A stretch of DNA of 64,000 bases from the human T2T-CHM13v2.0 reference genome, Homo sapiens. The position numbers and the translations under genes were made by a program. The notes below the pieces were generated by a model, which worked only from the letters and a program-made list of their open reading frames with translations, searched no databases and had not been told where the DNA came from. Every line of letters starts with the position of its first letter. Within the stretch, counting starts at the first letter, position 1. The stretch is from NCBI RefSeq assembly GCF_009914755.1, contig NC_060947.1. One strand, given 5' to 3'. Shown here piece after piece: positions 13,427-28,430 of this stretch.

Positions 13427-13738
13427 GGCTGCGTGTGGTGGCTCACACCTGTAATCCTAACACTTTGGAGGGCGAGGTGGTCAGATCACTTGAGGTAAGG
13501 AGTTTGAGACCAGCCTGGTCAACATTGTGAAACCCTGTCTCTACTAAAAAAGATACAATAATTAAATTAGCCAGGCATGGTGGTGCATGCCTATAATCCC
13601 AGCTACTTGGGAGACTGAGGCACAAGAATCACTTGAACCCAGGAGGCAGAGGCTACAGTGAGCCAAGATTGCACCACTGTACTCTAGCCTGGGTGACAGA
13701 GCAAGACTTGGTTTCAAAAAAAAAAAAAGAAAAAAAAA
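13427..13738 (+). mobile_element. Alu (old S/J)
   Basis: Full dimer, CpG-decayed, A tail. Confidence 0.92.
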
Positions 13739-14848
13739 TAACTGTCACTTTAGTTGCCAGTGCTAAAGGAACTCCAGCTCCTACCCTTTACCAATTTTAG
13801 TCTTGTTATTCTAGACAAAGAGGACTTTATAGGATAGTAAGTACTTTTTGGTTTGTTTTTGTTTTACAAAATGAACGCCTTAAAAAGCATTAGGAAAGTG
13901 CCCATAAACATGGAATTTTGAAAGTGTTAACAAGTAAATGTCTAAAATTGTTAAATAAGAAGGTTGCTGTCCATTTTAGTCAATTTGCTTATGTGTTATA
14001 TTTTCTGCCAAATACAGTATGACTTTTTTAAGCACTTACGGTAATTTGGCTTTCAAATCAGACACATTCAAAGACACCAGAAATTTTGCAAGCATAAAAG
14101 TTGACACAGATTATTTTCCAAATACAGATTGTTTCAGAAATAAAATAATGAAAATGGCATAAATAATATTTTATATGAATGCAGTATATAATCATATGAT
14201 ATGCTAAGATGATAGTGCCCTCTTAATTTCTAGAAGCTTCTGGTTCCTTGCAGTGTCAATCTCATTAGTGGCGGTGATATTTTAGTAGAAGCACACTAGA
14301 ATATATACTGCCAGTTATTAAGGATATTTTTCATGTTTTGCTTTTAAGTGCCCATCTCCTGCTAAGAGCATGAAAATCTGTATGTGGCTCTTTTATGCTT
14401 CATGCACAGAGTTACTTTGGAAAGATTTTTCTCATTGTACTGAGTTTTCATCTCTGGGTATCAAAACTGCATGCAATTTATTTTGCCTTTTTGACCGAAA
14501 TGTTTTTTTATTGTGTGGTCACTTTCACTTTGTTTTCTTCCACAGGGGTGACATTATTTCCATGCTGTTACGTGATTTTTGTAAAAGTACCAGTTTCGTC
14601 AGTATGGAATACTATGATATCATAAAATTTCACTCATGTAGTCATTCACAGATTCATTCATTCAATACATTTCATGGGTCTTTCATGTGCAGAAGAGGGC
14701 ACCTACGAAGAATGTAAAATGTGGAGTCAACACATTCCTATGGGTTCGGGGGGCCCCTAAATGGCCTCTAGGATTTTTTTTTTTAAGATTGAAGAAATAG
14801 ACTTAGGTATCTACTCTTTCTAATTAAAAATTAAAAGAGAAATAAAAT

Positions 14849-15030
14849 CAGGCACAAATCCAGGTTTTATGGAGCCAGAAACTTTTGCATTACAAGAAAC
14901 CCTCTTAGGGAAGAATACAAAATCATGGCTACAAATCGCCAGAACTCCACCCAGAGTTTCTGAAGTAGCCTTGCAACTGGGGTCCTTACACTGAAACGTC
15001 ATTAGCCTCACAGTCAATTCACTGTGGAAT
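14849..15030. mobile_element. MER53-like hAT MITE
   Basis: atccaggttttatggagccagaa...aagaatacaaaat...cattagcctcacagtcaattc. Confidence 0.6.
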
Positions 15031-15365
15031 AAAAATAGGCTATTTTACTCTGAACAAATGCATGTTCATTCTTAACTTCTGTGAAAAAGAGATAGTGCTT
15101 ATGGAACAATAAAGCAAAGAAACAACATGTTGACTTTCGTAGTTTCGGTAAGCAGCTAAATAATCCATTGAATGAAGCTTTTGTTTCATATTTTCCTGCA
15201 TTAGGATTTGTTTCTCAAGAGATGTTAGGAGGGAGCAAGGAGGGAAAGGGGCCCAGTCTGTGATCCTTCTGCTTCCAGTATGGAGCAATGTACTCATTCC
15301 ATTTGGGAAGTAAAGATGGGTTGGGATTTTTAGGAGCATGTTCGGGAGATAAAACATGTACAGAA

Positions 15366-16103
<738 letters not shown>

Positions 16104-16844
16104 GAATGCATTTCCTTTTTAGGAGGCAGTGAGGCTGCCAGCTGAGGAAATAGGAGCTTTCATGGGAAAGATAACATTTCCATGTGACTTTCATTGATGG
16201 GTGACATTCGAAGGTGTGTGGATGCAGTAAGATGGAATTTCAAGCAGAGGACTTGATGCAAACTGTGAAAGGGGGAAGGGCATCAGGACAGCTCTATGTG
16301 TCAGATGCAGGACAGAGGGTGGAAGTGAGAAGGGAGGATCCTCCATGGAGAGTTGGCAGGTGAGGTGGATTTTGCCCTTCTGTTGAGTGGGTAATGGAGA
16401 TTCCATGAAGAATTTTGAGTTGGGAGTGACCGGACCTTTGAGGAAGCTCAATGGACAATGTTAGGGTGATCTGGAGATCAGTTCCACTTAACCTGTCACT
16501 TTACAGTTGAATAAGCTTTGGCCCAGAAGACGCAGCAGCTTGTCAAGACCACAATGCAGGTTAGGGAGTCAACTTAGGTCTCTAGATAGGCAGTTTTCCT
16601 TTCTTGCCATCAAAACAATCATAGTTCAGGATCCATGTCTTGTCCTGTAACTTAGTTCACAAAAACCTTGCTCCTTCCTGTAATAAGGAGGTGGAAAGGG
16701 GCAAGATAAAGACTATTTGATGGTTAACTAAAATATTGGATATTTATTTGACCACAAACAAATTTTCAAGTCCATTTTTATATAAAGCAGAACTGTCTGA
16801 TAGAAATGTGTAAGACATATATTAAACTTAACTTTTCTTGTAGC

Positions 16845-17441
16845 TGTCCATGAAAAGAGTCAAACTCTGTAAAATATTTTGAAGAGATTTATTCTGAGCC
16901 AAATACGAGTGACCAAAGGACGATGACACAGTCCTCAGGAGATCCTGAGAACATGTGCCCGAGGTAGTCAGGCCATAACTTGGTTTTATACATTTTGGGG
17001 AAACATAAGGCATCAATCAATACATGTAAGATGTACATTGGTTCAGTCTGGAAAGGCAGGGCAATCGGAAGTGGGGGCTTCCAGGTTATATGTAGATTCA
17101 AAGATTTTCCGATTGGCAATTGGTTGAAATAGTTATTATCAATAGAATGGAATGTCTGGGTTACAATAAGGGGTTGTAGAGACCAAGGTTTGATCATGCA
17201 GTTGGAGCCTCCAGGTATCCTGCTTCAGAGAAAATAGATTATAAAATTTCTTATCAGACTTAAGAGTCTGCTCTATCAGTAACTCCAAAAGGGAGGAGGG
17301 TAAAATGAGGCATGTCCAGTTCCCCATTCCCATCATGGCCTGAAGTAGTTTTTCAGGTTAAGTTTGGAATGCCCTTGGCTGAGAGGAGGGGTCCATTCAG
17401 ATGATTGTGGGGGGACCTTAGAATTTTAATTTTGGTTTACA
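16845..17441 (-). mobile_element. ERV1 solo LTR (MER4 family)
   Basis: tgtccatgaaaagagtcaaactctgtaaaatattt...cttagaattttaattttggtttaca; 4-bp TSD TAGC at 16841-16844 and 17442-17445. Confidence 0.9.
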
Positions 17442-17473
17442 TAGCTACATTTAAAAAGTTTCAAAAATGTTAA

Positions 17474-17836
<363 letters not shown>

Positions 17837-17857
17837 TTATCATTCAACATGTAATTA

Positions 17858-18384
17858 TAGGGTAAGAAAAAATACTTTTCCTTTTACCCTTAAAAGTTCT
17901 CAGCTGGGGCCTTTGTAGCAAAAGACAGATTAACAAGAAAAAAACATGCACATTTATTTAATACAAGTTTTACTTGATATGGGAGCCCTCATAGGAAATG
18001 AAGACCCAAAGAAGAAGTTGGAATTGAATGCTTCTATACTGAACTGGACAAAGAATATTAAGTTATAAAAATGTGACAAGACAAACAGGCTTGGGCTAGG
18101 CGGCCCATGGTGGAAAAGTAATTAGGAAGATAAGGGTTAGTTTAACAAGGTTTGTTTGTACAGATTTGTTTCAGCCTTCACTTCCAGTCTCTGGTGATAA
18201 GACTGTTACTTTTCTTCTGACACAGGGAAGACATCTCTCATAAGGGGGTTTTATCTCCTTTTGGGAAGAAAAAGGGGTCACCAGAGTACCCTTCTAGGAC
18301 CTGCTGTTTTCGAGTGCCTTTACCTTAAAATAATATTTATGCCAATGTCATATATTTTGGGTAGCATATTTTGTCACCTTGCAC
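17858..18384 (-). mobile_element. ERV1 LTR (MER34-like)
   Basis: aaaagacagattaacaagaaaaaa...gaaatgaagacccaaagaa...aaaataatatttatgccaa..catatattttggg. Confidence 0.75.
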
Positions 18385-19279
18385 AATATCAATAGAGGTA
18401 TCATTATGATATTTTACTTTTACTGTCTTCATTATTTTGTAATTATGGCACATCTCTATTTGGGCTGGTTTCATTACAAGAGCTCAATACCCATGTGCAG
18501 GAGGTGGCTATCGTGTTGGACAGCACAGGTATGAAACTTTTGACTAAGGTTTAAAAGGGGGTGATTTCTGAATTTCTAGTATGTCATTTCATGTTTTAGT
18601 TGCCCTCACCTATGTCCCATCCAGCAGGTATTACGAATTGTAAGAAAAACTGAATAGCTATTCCCAAATTCAGACCTCTGTGTGAAACACAGATCCTCAT
18701 TTTTTATTCTCTAGTTAGATAGTGAGGGCTCTGCATAGATTTCAAGTCCACGACTATTCTTTTCTTTGGCTCACTAGTCTCAGAAATCTCCATTCTTCCA
18801 GAAGTTCATACCTTTTCTCAATAAATTTTTTTCCATCTAAAAGTCAGTGTTTAATATCAACAAAAAAGTCAGAAGAAGTACCAAGCCTGTTCCTTGACAG
18901 GAAGTGCCGGGGAATGATTTTTTTCCCCCAGACCCTGGTTGATATTCACCCATTTCAGCTGCTTCTTTTTGTCACAGATGCTCCCAGCCACCTGTTCTCT
19001 GAATATATTCTTTTCCCAACTGGCTTCTCCATTTGTTTTGATATTGGGCAAAGCAGATTCCACCTATCACTCATTCTGTGCACTCATTTATTAAGCCCAT
19101 TCAGTCTGAAAGCTTTTTTCTCATCCAGCCAGCAAAACAAAGTCACAGACATCTTTTTCAAATCTAATTCTAATACCTAAAAAAACTCCTCAGTGGGTCT
19201 AGCTAGCAAGTGAGAGGGAAGGGCAAGATAGGGGAGGACTTTAAGATGTCTTGGGTTTTCTATTACTCAGATGACTTGG

Positions 19280-19775
19280 TGTAGCAGATACTTTTGAGGA
19301 GCCTTCATTGCAAGGACCTGAGACTCCCAGTGAACACAGCTTCTTTGGTTCTGCTTTCCCACAGGGCTGGCCGGAAGTGGTGGGGAGTTGGTGTCCCTGG
19401 TAGCAGCCCTCAGCTAATGACCCAGGGAGTTGGAGAGTACATACCCCAGCTCCCTCACCCCTCAAGTGGAACAACTCTGTGGAACGTTCTATAGCCTCCC
19501 AGAGGTCCCCAGCTAGACTAAGTTCAGGTTGCCTACAGCAGTCACATATTTTTTTTTTTTAATTTTATTTTGTAATCTGGGAGCATAGATTCCAATTGCC
19601 CCGTATATATGCTGCTAAGCAGTCACTTGTTTATAAACCTTTCTCCTATTACCTTCCTTCTCCTGTCTCATTCTTCCACTCTGCCTATCAAAGCTCCCTG
19701 TTTGATCTGTTAAATAAACTGTTTTCACTCAAATCTTTGCCTTAGGGCCTGCTTTTGGGGAACCCATCCTAAGAT
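19280..19775 (+). mobile_element. ERVL LTR (LTR16-like)
   Basis: tgtagcagatac...agcagccctcagctaatga...ccccagctccctcacccctc...aataaactg..cactcaaatc..gcttttggggaacccatcctaaga. Confidence 0.75.
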
Positions 19776-20489
19776 CTTTGCCCTTTCTAGCATTGCTTAG
19801 AAGCCAGCGGTGTTTATGACCCTTGTAACGGTGATGATGTAGTCTTGGGCTGTAGTGCACCCACCGTAACATTCAGAGTCCACAGGCTTTTCTCTCCAAA
19901 TTCCTTCTGTTCCCAACAGTACCCAGGGATGGGCCTAGTGTTCTTCTTGGTGGACCCAACTCTCTTCTCTATCATCACTCATGCAGCCTCCACTCTGCTG
20001 CCATCTCTGTCACCTCTGGCTTGTGCCATCACAACATTTGTGACCTTGCCACTGAACTAGATGCTCTGCCCTGCTCATGCTGCCCTCTTTTATGGATAGA
20101 AGGCTGCCTGCTTTCAGGTAGTACAGTGACTTTTAGGCTTTCAGAGAAAGTGACCTTGGTCTCTGTTTCTTAAAGACCAGCTAGTACTGGGCTCTTGTTA
20201 GCCATGGCTAACAGGTTCCTTTCAAGTCAATTAAGGCAGGTTCTCTTGGGACTGGGGCAGGGGACACTTTGCCTGGAATCTCTCCTGACATTCAGGCTGT
20301 GTTCTATATGTCTCTTTTCTTTCACATGAGGTCCTGGGTCAGCCCAGGCCTGGTCCACCATGCCAGGGGATTACATTGTTCCAGTCTCAATGTCCTGGCG
20401 AGCCACACATCCTCATTACCCATTGCTCCAAAAGATTCCCAGGTACAGAAGTGTCATGCTACTCTGGGAAGTCTTGCAGAGTCTGGAGA

Positions 20490-20710
20490 GGAGCACCATG
20501 GCCATGAACACTGACTCTGGAAAGAACCAGATGGCCTGGGCTCGATTCCAACTCTGACTCCTACCAGCAGATGATCCAGGACCTCTCTGTGCCTCAGTTC
20601 TTCTCTTTACAAAATAGGACTCATAATATGACTTACTTCATAAGGTTGCTGGCAAGATTAAATGGCTTTACAAATGGAAAATATGCAGTACATTGGGCAC
20701 ACTGCTTATT
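20490..20710 (+). mobile_element. MIR SINE
   Basis: cctctctgtgcctcagttc...cttcataaggttgctggcaagattaaatg. Confidence 0.7.
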
Positions 20711-20885
20711 TAGCGCACATGCACACACGTGTATACATGCACACACACACACCCCACACACACGTCCACTCTCCAATCTCAGATATACTACCACACAACC
20801 TAGTTGTCAAAAATAGCCTTAACTGATCAGGTTTCTAGTCTAACCATTTACTCCAAGTGCTACATATTTAGTAAGGCTGCTTTAA

Positions 20886-20929
<44 letters not shown>
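20886..20929. repeat. (AAT)n microsatellite, about 14 units
   Basis: Direct inspection. Confidence 0.95.
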
Positions 20930-20931
<2 letters not shown>

Positions 20932-21981
20932 CCAAGTTTATGAGCAAAGAACAAGACTATCCTAGGGAACACATCTCTAATGTAAATGTTGAATCAGAGG
21001 TGGCTCCTGGTTGGAGACCCAGGTTCTTTATTAGTGGGAGTGTTCAGGAAAGGGAGAGATTTGGGGTTCAGGTTCCTTGGCCTGGAACCCCCTCTAGAAC
21101 CTGAAAAAACCCATCTGCCATTCCTGGGCAGCCCAGGCCTCCCCTTCCTGGTAAACACTCATGGCCTACTATTTAATGAACAGGGTTAATCCACAGAAAA
21201 ACTCAACTTACTTTATTGAAACCATGATAGCCATGAGGATGGGATCTCTGCCCACAGCCCATGAAGTCCCCACTGTCTTAGGGGAAGGAGTACCATTGGC
21301 CTCTGAGAGGAAAAATTCTGCTCATCCTCGGATCTATGGATTTTGACACCCTCATTGGGGGTCCTTTCCCACTTACTACTCTATGACTTCAGACAAACTA
21401 CACATCTCTCTGTTTCAGCCTAGCCACCTGCAAGATGGAGATGCCAGTACCACACTTATAGGGCTGCTGATACCACCATCACCATAGTCACTGTCAGTGC
21501 TGTTGTCCTCTCATTCTTGTTGGCCCACTGTATCTCTGTTGGTGCATCCATCTGCTTCCTTGATGCTGGCTCCTTCCCAGAGTCATACAAGGTCCTGATA
21601 CTGCTCCCTGGGTATCTTCTCTCTCAGACTGTACCAATATTTTCTATTTTCCTAACCTTCTCTCTTCCATTACATGTAAAAATGAAAACGAAAACAAAAC
21701 CCCAAGCATTACTGTGGGAAAAGTAAACAAAACAAAGCAAAACAATAAAACCAGCACCAAGCTCGTCCTTACTTTCAGTCGTGAGTGTTCATCACCCATT
21801 CCTGGTGGCAGGGAAGTTTGGGTGATGGGAGGCTGGCTTTCTATTCTCTACAGAAAGCTCCACATAAAATTAGGGTGAAATACCACCTTCTTTCTTTTGG
21901 AATTTCACTTCCCAAACCAAGGAACTATACAAAAGAATAGAGCATCTACCATAATCACCATAAGTTATATTTTTTAAGTGA

Positions 21982-22324
<343 letters not shown>

Positions 22325-22949
22325 TTAAAAAATATATATATTTTCCAGCCTAGCAAACTTTTGTTGTTGTTAGTTTTAATATTAGTAATGGGATTTCCTC
22401 TGTGAAAGACACTGTGCTCTGTAGACATCTTATTTAATTATCATTCCTATTGGGTAAGGTAGATATTGATGTATTTTAGTTATTTCTTTGAAAATTGGGG
22501 TTCAGAGATGATCAGTAGCATTCCTAGGGTCACAGAGTTTGTTAGTGGTAGAACTAAGATTTGAATCTAAGTTAATGAGATCCCAAAGCCCATGATCTCT
22601 ATAACCTGTCTTGTATGTATCTGCAAATTCTGAAGTTTGATTAATATGCATCTTGTTACCTAGGAAGCAGGTATTAATAGACTATTGATACAAATTTAAT
22701 CATAAATTAAGAGGTCTGAAGGATCTACTCTACACTATCCCTTCATAGTGATTCTGAGTCTTGTAAACCAATCTAAAATGTATTCTCCAAGCTAAGTATA
22801 TCTTTACTGAATTTTTCTCCCATTGTGAAGCCCCTCACCTTTTCCTTGACCCATGGACCCTCCAGGCTGCCTGCTGAAGGGCCCGCAGGCAGTCACGGAT
22901 CTTAGTAAACTGCAGGCCTGGGCCCAGGTGGGTGGGTCAGGGCAGGGAG

Positions 22950-23182
22950 CCAGCCCCAGCTTCTCCATCAGGCACAGGGCTGAAGGCCCAAAATACTTTT
23001 AATTCTTTTAAATACAGAAGAAAAACTGGAACTTTTGGTGAAAGTTTTAATGTATAATATTAATAAGTTTCTCATCTTTATACCAAGTAGTTGTAAAATA
23101 TAATTTTAATTTCTTTTATGGATGAAGGGGCACACAGAGGCAAAAGTGCCTTGGGCCCACAGAAGGTATCCTGTGGCACGTG
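22950..23182 (-). mobile_element. hAT-Tip100 MITE (ORSL-like)
   Basis: ctttataccaa..gttgtaaaatataattttaat...ggcaaaagtgccttgggcccac. Confidence 0.55.
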
Positions 23183-23539
23183 GCAGCTGCAGCCAAAGTC
23201 TGAAGTAAAAACTAGATTCAAACAAATCTAGTTTTATTATTTGAATGCTTAGGGGCATTTAAACTACTCTGCGGCTAGGCCTGGAGAAGTTCAAGAGAAC
23301 ACCATGCGGTGATAGGAAAATAGCACCAAGTTGCCATCTACAAACCCAAAGGAAATTAGACTCATCTCTTGGGGCACGGGTGCGCTCATGTTGGAGCTTC
23401 TTCCAAGGTTTCCATCAGCTTGCCTTGGCCAGTCAGCCACACAAACTTTATGTTTAATTACCTCAGGTCAAATGGATGTCCCATGTCAAGATAAGTCTGC
23501 AATGAGGAGGTCCAGAAATTTCCAGAAAGGTCAATGTCT

Positions 23540-23712
23540 ATACCTGCACTGTTCAATTCATAACCATCAGCTGTAGGTGGATATTGCATTTACATTTAAC
23601 TTAATTAAAATGGAATGCAATTAAAAGCCCATTTCCTCACCCATACTAGCCACATTTCAAGTGCTCAGTAGCTATCACTGCAGAAAGTTCCAATGGACAG
23701 CGCTGATCTAGA
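23540..23712 (-). mobile_element. MER3 MITE
   Basis: ctagccacatttcaagtgctcagtagc...cagaaagttccaatggacagcgctg. Confidence 0.8.
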
Positions 23713-25469
23713 CTGTATTAAAAGCTTGTTTCAGATCATTGGCTTTGTGGTTTCCCAGAAGAAAAATCTTAAGTTACAGACCCCTTGGAGAAGAATCCTT
23801 GGGCTTCCAGACCTTGTTTTTGGCAGTGTCAAAGCTGCCCTTGCAAAGTTCCATCTGGTGCTGTGAGGACCGAATGTTTAGGGTGAAGGCCAAGTGGAGA
23901 ACAAAGTAGGCATACATGCTTTAATGGAAATATGAGAATTATTTGCAATTAGTTACATTGTTATTTCTAAGTGAGTGTTTTTCAAGTTCTTGAGATCAAG
24001 TTGTTCTAGTAAGCAAATTAAGTATGTCTTCAGAAATCTTATTTGTGCCAATAAACTGATGAGTATACTCTTCATAGTGCAGATATAAATTTTAGCTTAG
24101 ACAAGGTCAGATGGTGGCACATGCTAAATTGGTGCACTCTTAATTAATGATGTTTTAGTCTAACTATCATTTTCTCTAACAAACATTTCGTTTTAGCTGT
24201 GTTTTCAGAGTTTGAATTGCCTAAGTGACTAATTAAAATATAAGACACATTGGATTTCTCTGTAACAATGTGAACCATTTTCCTTTTTTTTTTTTTCCTT
24301 TGCTAGTATTTGTTATCTCACTAATTTATCAGACTGGTGTAAAGAAATGATGAATAGCACCCTAGCCAGGCCCAAAGGCACACATAGAGCATTTGTGTGT
24401 TTTTACACTTTTGTGCTTGATATTTTCTTAACATAAATTTAAGAAACTCTGAAAAATCTCCATTTGAATGAAGACAAATTATTAGTAACCTTTATTGCAT
24501 CAGGAAGTATCTCTTGAAGTTCATTATAGCAGCATAGATTTTTCCAAATTGTATTCTGAGCTACCCTCCCTAGGGATCCATGAACTATGATAATAGGTGT
24601 TAAGAGAAAAAAAATTCCATGGCCAACTAGTGTAGTAAAAACTACACATGAACCTAATAAAGGTTCTGATAAATATTTCAGTAAATTAATCTGTGGAAGA
24701 TAGTTTTATTTAGCACTTCTCTCATTTATTTTTGTTTCAGATGACCCCTCTTTAAAGCTTTTTGTTTGTTTTGGTGAACAGCTATTATCGTTGAACAGTA
24801 TGTTGGTATTATTTCTGGAAACTTTGGGGAAGTATAATATGGGCCTCAAATAGAAACTAATAAACTCCCCTCCTCTGTTTACTGGCTCCTGTAATTTGGA
24901 ATGTTTGTTTCGTAAAAGCATTCCTTCTGCAATGTACCCTAGATGATGGACAGATTTGACATACTGTCCCACCTTCCTGTGCCTCCTCCCCCAACTTCTG
25001 CCCTCTCAAGCTTCCCAACTTCCCTGAGTAGTGACTCTTTGAGTTGTTCCTTGTGACAAAAGGGATTCATTCTGTCACTTGACTACAGCAGGGGAGAGAT
25101 GTGTTTGCGGAAGTGTAAGACCAAGATTGCAGACAAGAACATGCCTTCCCAAATTGTCATAGGCAGGGGTTAGGAAAGCTGAAATAGCCATACACTGTGT
25201 TCCCTAGATAGTGAAGCTTCCAGGGCAGGGCCGAGATTTACAGCAATATGACCCTATCAATTCATGTCACCTTGATAGTGAAAGCACGTCTCCCATCTTC
25301 CCATTTCCATACCAACCCCCTCGCAAAAGCATGTGAAGATGTCGTCCTGTATTTGAGTGCAAGATGTTGCATGCATCTGTCAGTGTTACATTTTGTCTCG
25401 CTGAATTTCACCTATCCTTCCTAGCTTCCAGAATCCTTAAATGCAACTCAGGGAAGGACCTCACTAGAC

Positions 25470-25675
25470 AGCCTGTTTTCTAATTCTGCCTCTGCCTCTC
25501 ATAATCTGCATTTAACATTTCTCTATGCCTCAGTTTTCTCATCTGCGAAATGGGGAAAATAAGACAATCTGTATCATGGGAGTATTGGGAGGACTACGTG
25601 AGCTAATTTATGTAAAGCATTGAGGAATATACTTGGCATAGAATAAGTGAACAGTAAGGGCACCCACTATTATTA
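25470..25675 (+). mobile_element. MIR SINE
   Basis: tctctatgcctcagttttctcatctgcgaaatgggg core. Confidence 0.8.
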
Positions 25676-27715
25676 TTTCAAGTTTGACCTTTCATGAATG
25701 TATTATTCAACTCTTCCAGCTTTGGACCCTCTAGAAATTTGATCAGGTTTCTACCTCCATCCCCATTCAAAACATTAATAGAAATATTGAAGGGAAGAGA
25801 ACAGTTTGGTGTGCCACTGGTGAGTCCTTCCTAGGTGATGGAGACCTATTCATTGTACAACACTTTTTTGTGCAAGGCCATTCATGAAGTTAGAAATCAT
25901 GTCACCATACTCCTTCAAACACCCATGGTTCCATCCTGTTCCCAGAAAGGATTTTTTAAATGTAATATTTGCTAACAAAGACCAACATCAACTCTACAAA
26001 TTTCTGACCAGTGTTACTTAATGGTGGGGCAGGGTTGGGTATCAGAATCATCTGGGGAGATTCTGGGACTGTTATTTGATTTTTTTTCATTTTGTGTTGT
26101 GAGATGTTGTGGAAGTGACTAAGAGTCAGAAAGGATGAGATGAGCAAACACATAGAAATATTCGTGATATGCTGGGGAAACTCAGGCAGGTAATTTGATG
26201 TGCGTGTGTTCATGTAACTTAGGTGTTTCTTGTAGGCAGGGATATAAAGGCCAGGTCTAGAGGATATAAGCAGGCTTTTTAGGCTGTTGCTGACCCAAAT
26301 CTTTTAAGCAAGGAATCCTCTAATCAAATTCTGGAGAAAGATTATGGGAAAGCATTTGAATACTTGCTTGCTTTTTATTTCTCTTTTCTGAAGCATTTTC
26401 CTCTGACATGCTTCTTACAGGAGTCCAGCATTCAGCAGCCCCAATGCCGGGTGTATCTGAGGATTAAATGTACATCGGTTGCACATATCAAATGATAATC
26501 CTCACAAAAGCCCTCATATGTACTTGTATTTAGGACAATTCTGTGGACAAACAAGTCTGACACTGATTTCCTGTCTTGGCCTTTATACTTAATAGTGGTG
26601 TAAATAGATAAGCACATAGGGAATTTCCCTGTTAGTCAAGCACGTTGTGAGGCATCCCACTTCTACTCAGCTGACCTTCGCAGGCAACAATAACCCCACT
26701 TCTTCCATGATGGTTCTTTTCTTTTCTTTTCTTTAAATGAGCAGAATGCATTTTATATACATTTAGATGCTTACTAAAGAAGACTAGCTAAATGTGAAAA
26801 TAAAGAAACATACACACATGCACACACACACAAACATCTGTATATTCAGACATCCAACTGTCCTTGACAGATGTATTTTGAGATGATTATTTGCATTTTA
26901 GAAGAATCCTGTTTTTTTTTTCTTGTGAGATAATCTTGCTGTCATTTTCTTCTTAATCACAGCCATCCTGTCATATATAAAAATACTCATTGTAAATGCA
27001 GCCCAATTTTCTCATCTATAATATGAGGAGAACCCCCTTTATGATGTGAATGGTTTTGGCCAGTGTACAGTTTGCCTCAGAAATGAGGCACTGAATTAAA
27101 TGATATGAATAAGATCCCTTTGAATTCTATGATTTCTGTGATGCTATAATGAAATTCATGAAACACACACTTATGCTTTTGAGTAAGCCCCATGTACTGC
27201 CATTTTGTGATTAGCAGAATGTTGGGATATGCACAAGAACCCCTCTGCTTTTTTTGTGCCTTATGAAGGATTTCATGTTGTTATAGCTTTGATAAAATTG
27301 GTCATAGACTGAGTATGAATTATATCTTATGATAGACTTTTTGGAAATTCATGTGTCACTGTGTAGATGTTGCCTCAAATGAGTTGATCAAAAGCTAAAG
27401 AATGTGGGGATTTAAGAAAGTCAAGTGCATGACATTTTGGTGTCCTCTAAAGAATGAAAAAAAAATGGTCCATTGATTTTTTTCATTATAGTAAATGCAG
27501 AAATGAAAGTGATAACGCTCTTTGGCACATTACACAGCTTGAGTATACCTGACCTTCAGGAACCTTGAGCCTGCACAGCAAACACTCTCTCTGGAGGCAT
27601 CAATCCTGACTTGGCCTAAGTCAAGAACTCTTGGGAGAATGGGTCAGTTCCAAGTGCTGTCTCTTTTGAGTCATAGCTGGGGCAAGATGCAAGAGAAGGT
27701 CCATCTTTTCATTCA

Positions 27716-28430
27716 ACATTGTTCATTCACTGAATGTCTGATATGTTCTGTGCACTATCTAGATGTTAGGAATGCATTGATGAACAAGGCAAGACCAAAT
27801 GTTTACTTAGGGAGATGATTGTGTTGGAGGTAGATGGTTTGGGAGAAGACAAGTAAACAGGCAATTTTAAAGTTCAAGGAAGAACAGTGTGATATGGGAG
27901 CCCTTAAGAGAGATAGCTAACCAGGTCCTTGTGAGTCTCAAAGCCCAAGAAAAGGTTGTTCTCCCTCCCTGATAGGATCAGCCTCCCAGGTGAAGAAAAG
28001 ACTTGCCAAAAGATGCCAAGAATTGGAGACAATGGTGATCATAGAGCAATTGGGAGCCTTGTCAGAATTTGCAGATTGACAGCAGCAGGAGGCATGGTTG
28101 GAGGCCATTAGGGGCAGCCACAGAGGACTTTGTATGCGTATAAAGGAGTTTGGCTATTACCTGGATAGCAGTGGGGAACTAGTGGGGATGGAGTGGGCTT
28201 TAAGAAAGAAAATACTATAATCAGGTTTGGAATCTAGGCTTGTAAGCAGCAGACTAAGTGCTGAGTTATTGAGTTGAGACCAAGAACAAGTGTTGAGTTG
28301 AGACCAAGTGTCAAGTTATTGTAGTCATCTAGGAGAGAGGAATCAATTATCTGAGTTTTGTTGGAGATCAGATCAGAAAGGTAGGATCAAGAACTTCTAA
28401 AGATTTGGATGAAGACTCAAAGGTAACATT
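27716..28430 (-). mobile_element. L2 3' fragment
   Basis: Antisense L2 tail cattcaacatttgttcattcactgaatgtc...taaaggagtttggctattacctgg. Confidence 0.65.

Noticed and set aside
14520-14600. Strong plus-strand acceptor (tgttttcttccacag), also at ~26420 and ~24740
   Set aside because: No convincing paired donor or coding frame; isolated acceptors are common.
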